64,000 nt of DNA, taken from NCBI RefSeq assembly GCF_018977255.1, contig NW_024704742.1, forward strand, positions 120,902,001 to 120,966,000, read 5' to 3'. The notes beneath the pieces were generated by a model. It was not told the DNA's origin, did not search any database, and worked only from the letters and a program-made list of their open reading frames with translations. How positions within the stretch are numbered: position 1 is the stretch's first letter; every line of letters begins with the position of its first letter. This document shows positions 63,171-64,000 of the stretch, piece after piece. The translations under genes were made by a program, and so were the position numbers. Source of the stretch: Callorhinchus milii. Its lineage: Eukaryota.

Positions 63171-64000
63171 CAACAACAAAATTACATTTGTAAAGCACCT
63201 TTCACGTCGGGAGGATGTCCCAAGGCACTGGACAGACAGTTACGGACCTGAGCTGGGATTTGGGTGGGGGCGGGTGGAGGGCAGGGGTGAAGCAGGGAGA
63301 TCGAAAGCACGGTTGAAGAGGACGGTCTTGAGATGGGTCTTGAAGGTGGCAAGGGAGGGGACGAGATGGAGGCACTGCGGGATGGAGTTCCAGAGGGTGG
63401 GGCAGAGTGGCGGAAGGCCCACCTGCCATAGTGGGACAAACAAGGCAGGGGACGTGAAGCAGGCTGGAACCCACTGAGCAGAGGGAGCGAACGGCATGGT
63501 AGGGGCGTTAGGAGATTGTAGAGGTAGGGGGGAGCAAGTCCGTGGAGGGCTTTCAAGGTGAGGACCAGGATTTTGAACTGTATCCTCTGTGTGATGGGAA
63601 GCCAGTGGAGTTGGGCAAGAATGGGGGTGATCGGGTCTTGGAGCCTTGTGTAGGAGAGGACACAGGCTGTAGAGTTCTAGATGATCTGCAGCCTATAGAA
63701 GGAGAAGTTAGGGAGGCCGACAAGCAATGAGTTTGCATAGTCGAGCCTCGATGTAATGAAGGCGTGTATGAGGGATTCGGTGGCCTGTGATGTGAGACAG
63801 TGGCAGGGACAGGCGATGTTGCGGAGGTGGGGGAAGGCAGAGCGGGTCATGGTGCAGATGTGGAATAGAAAGGATAGTTGAGGGTCAAACAAGACTCCAA
63901 GGTTCCAGGCTGGCTTACTAAGGTGGGGTGTGCAACCATGGATGGTGATGCTGTCAGCGCCTGAGGTGTGGAGGGCTGACGGGAGCCAATCAGGAGAGCC
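63170..64000 (-). mobile_element. L2 3' fragment running off the window edge
   Basis: ORF 63677..63892 contains FDPQLSF..SRLDYANSLLVG; ORF 63182..63556 contains KALHGLAPPYL; L2 tail at 63170-63230. Confidence 0.92.

Noticed and set aside
62953..63477. 174-aa ORF
   Set aside because: Made of CA/GA microsatellite plus antisense L2 tail.
1..64000. CRISPR arrays, rRNA or prokaryotic operons
   Set aside because: Eukaryotic intron-exon DNA; no regularly spaced repeats or rRNA motifs were seen.

Overview
Vertebrate genomic DNA. The repeat content (L2 and CR1 LINEs, Deu-type and tRNA-headed SINEs, a Penelope-type end) suggests a cartilaginous fish, but this is inference. The whole window lies inside the 3' half of an importin-11 gene (IPO11) on the minus strand. 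Six GT-AG coding exons (59250-59330, 46050-46145, 44418-44531, 37458-37579, 4000-4095, 1752-1836) join in frame and read NFAAGLCQSF...EQDKRKKL; I did not find the preceding or final exons in the window. Nested on the same strand in the ~33-kb intron (4096-37457) is LRRC70, a 604-aa LRR transmembrane protein with an uninterrupted CDS (8897-10711). The rest is intron, rich in decayed retroelements, and almost all other ORFs in the track are repeat-derived or spurious. Most notable observations: (1) splicing the IPO11 exon at 37458 to the predicted LRRC70 acceptor puts the two ORFs in one frame, separated by a single TAA; (2) a decayed C2H2 zinc-finger array has an internal inversion that forms a pre-miRNA-sized hairpin; (3) a degenerate Penelope-type hammerhead ribozyme; (4) an in-frame consensus alternative donor in an IPO11 exon; (5) an unidentified repeat family with three copies; (6) modular SINEs sharing the L2 3' tail. 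No confirmed new system can be claimed from sequence alone. Repeat boundaries are approximate.
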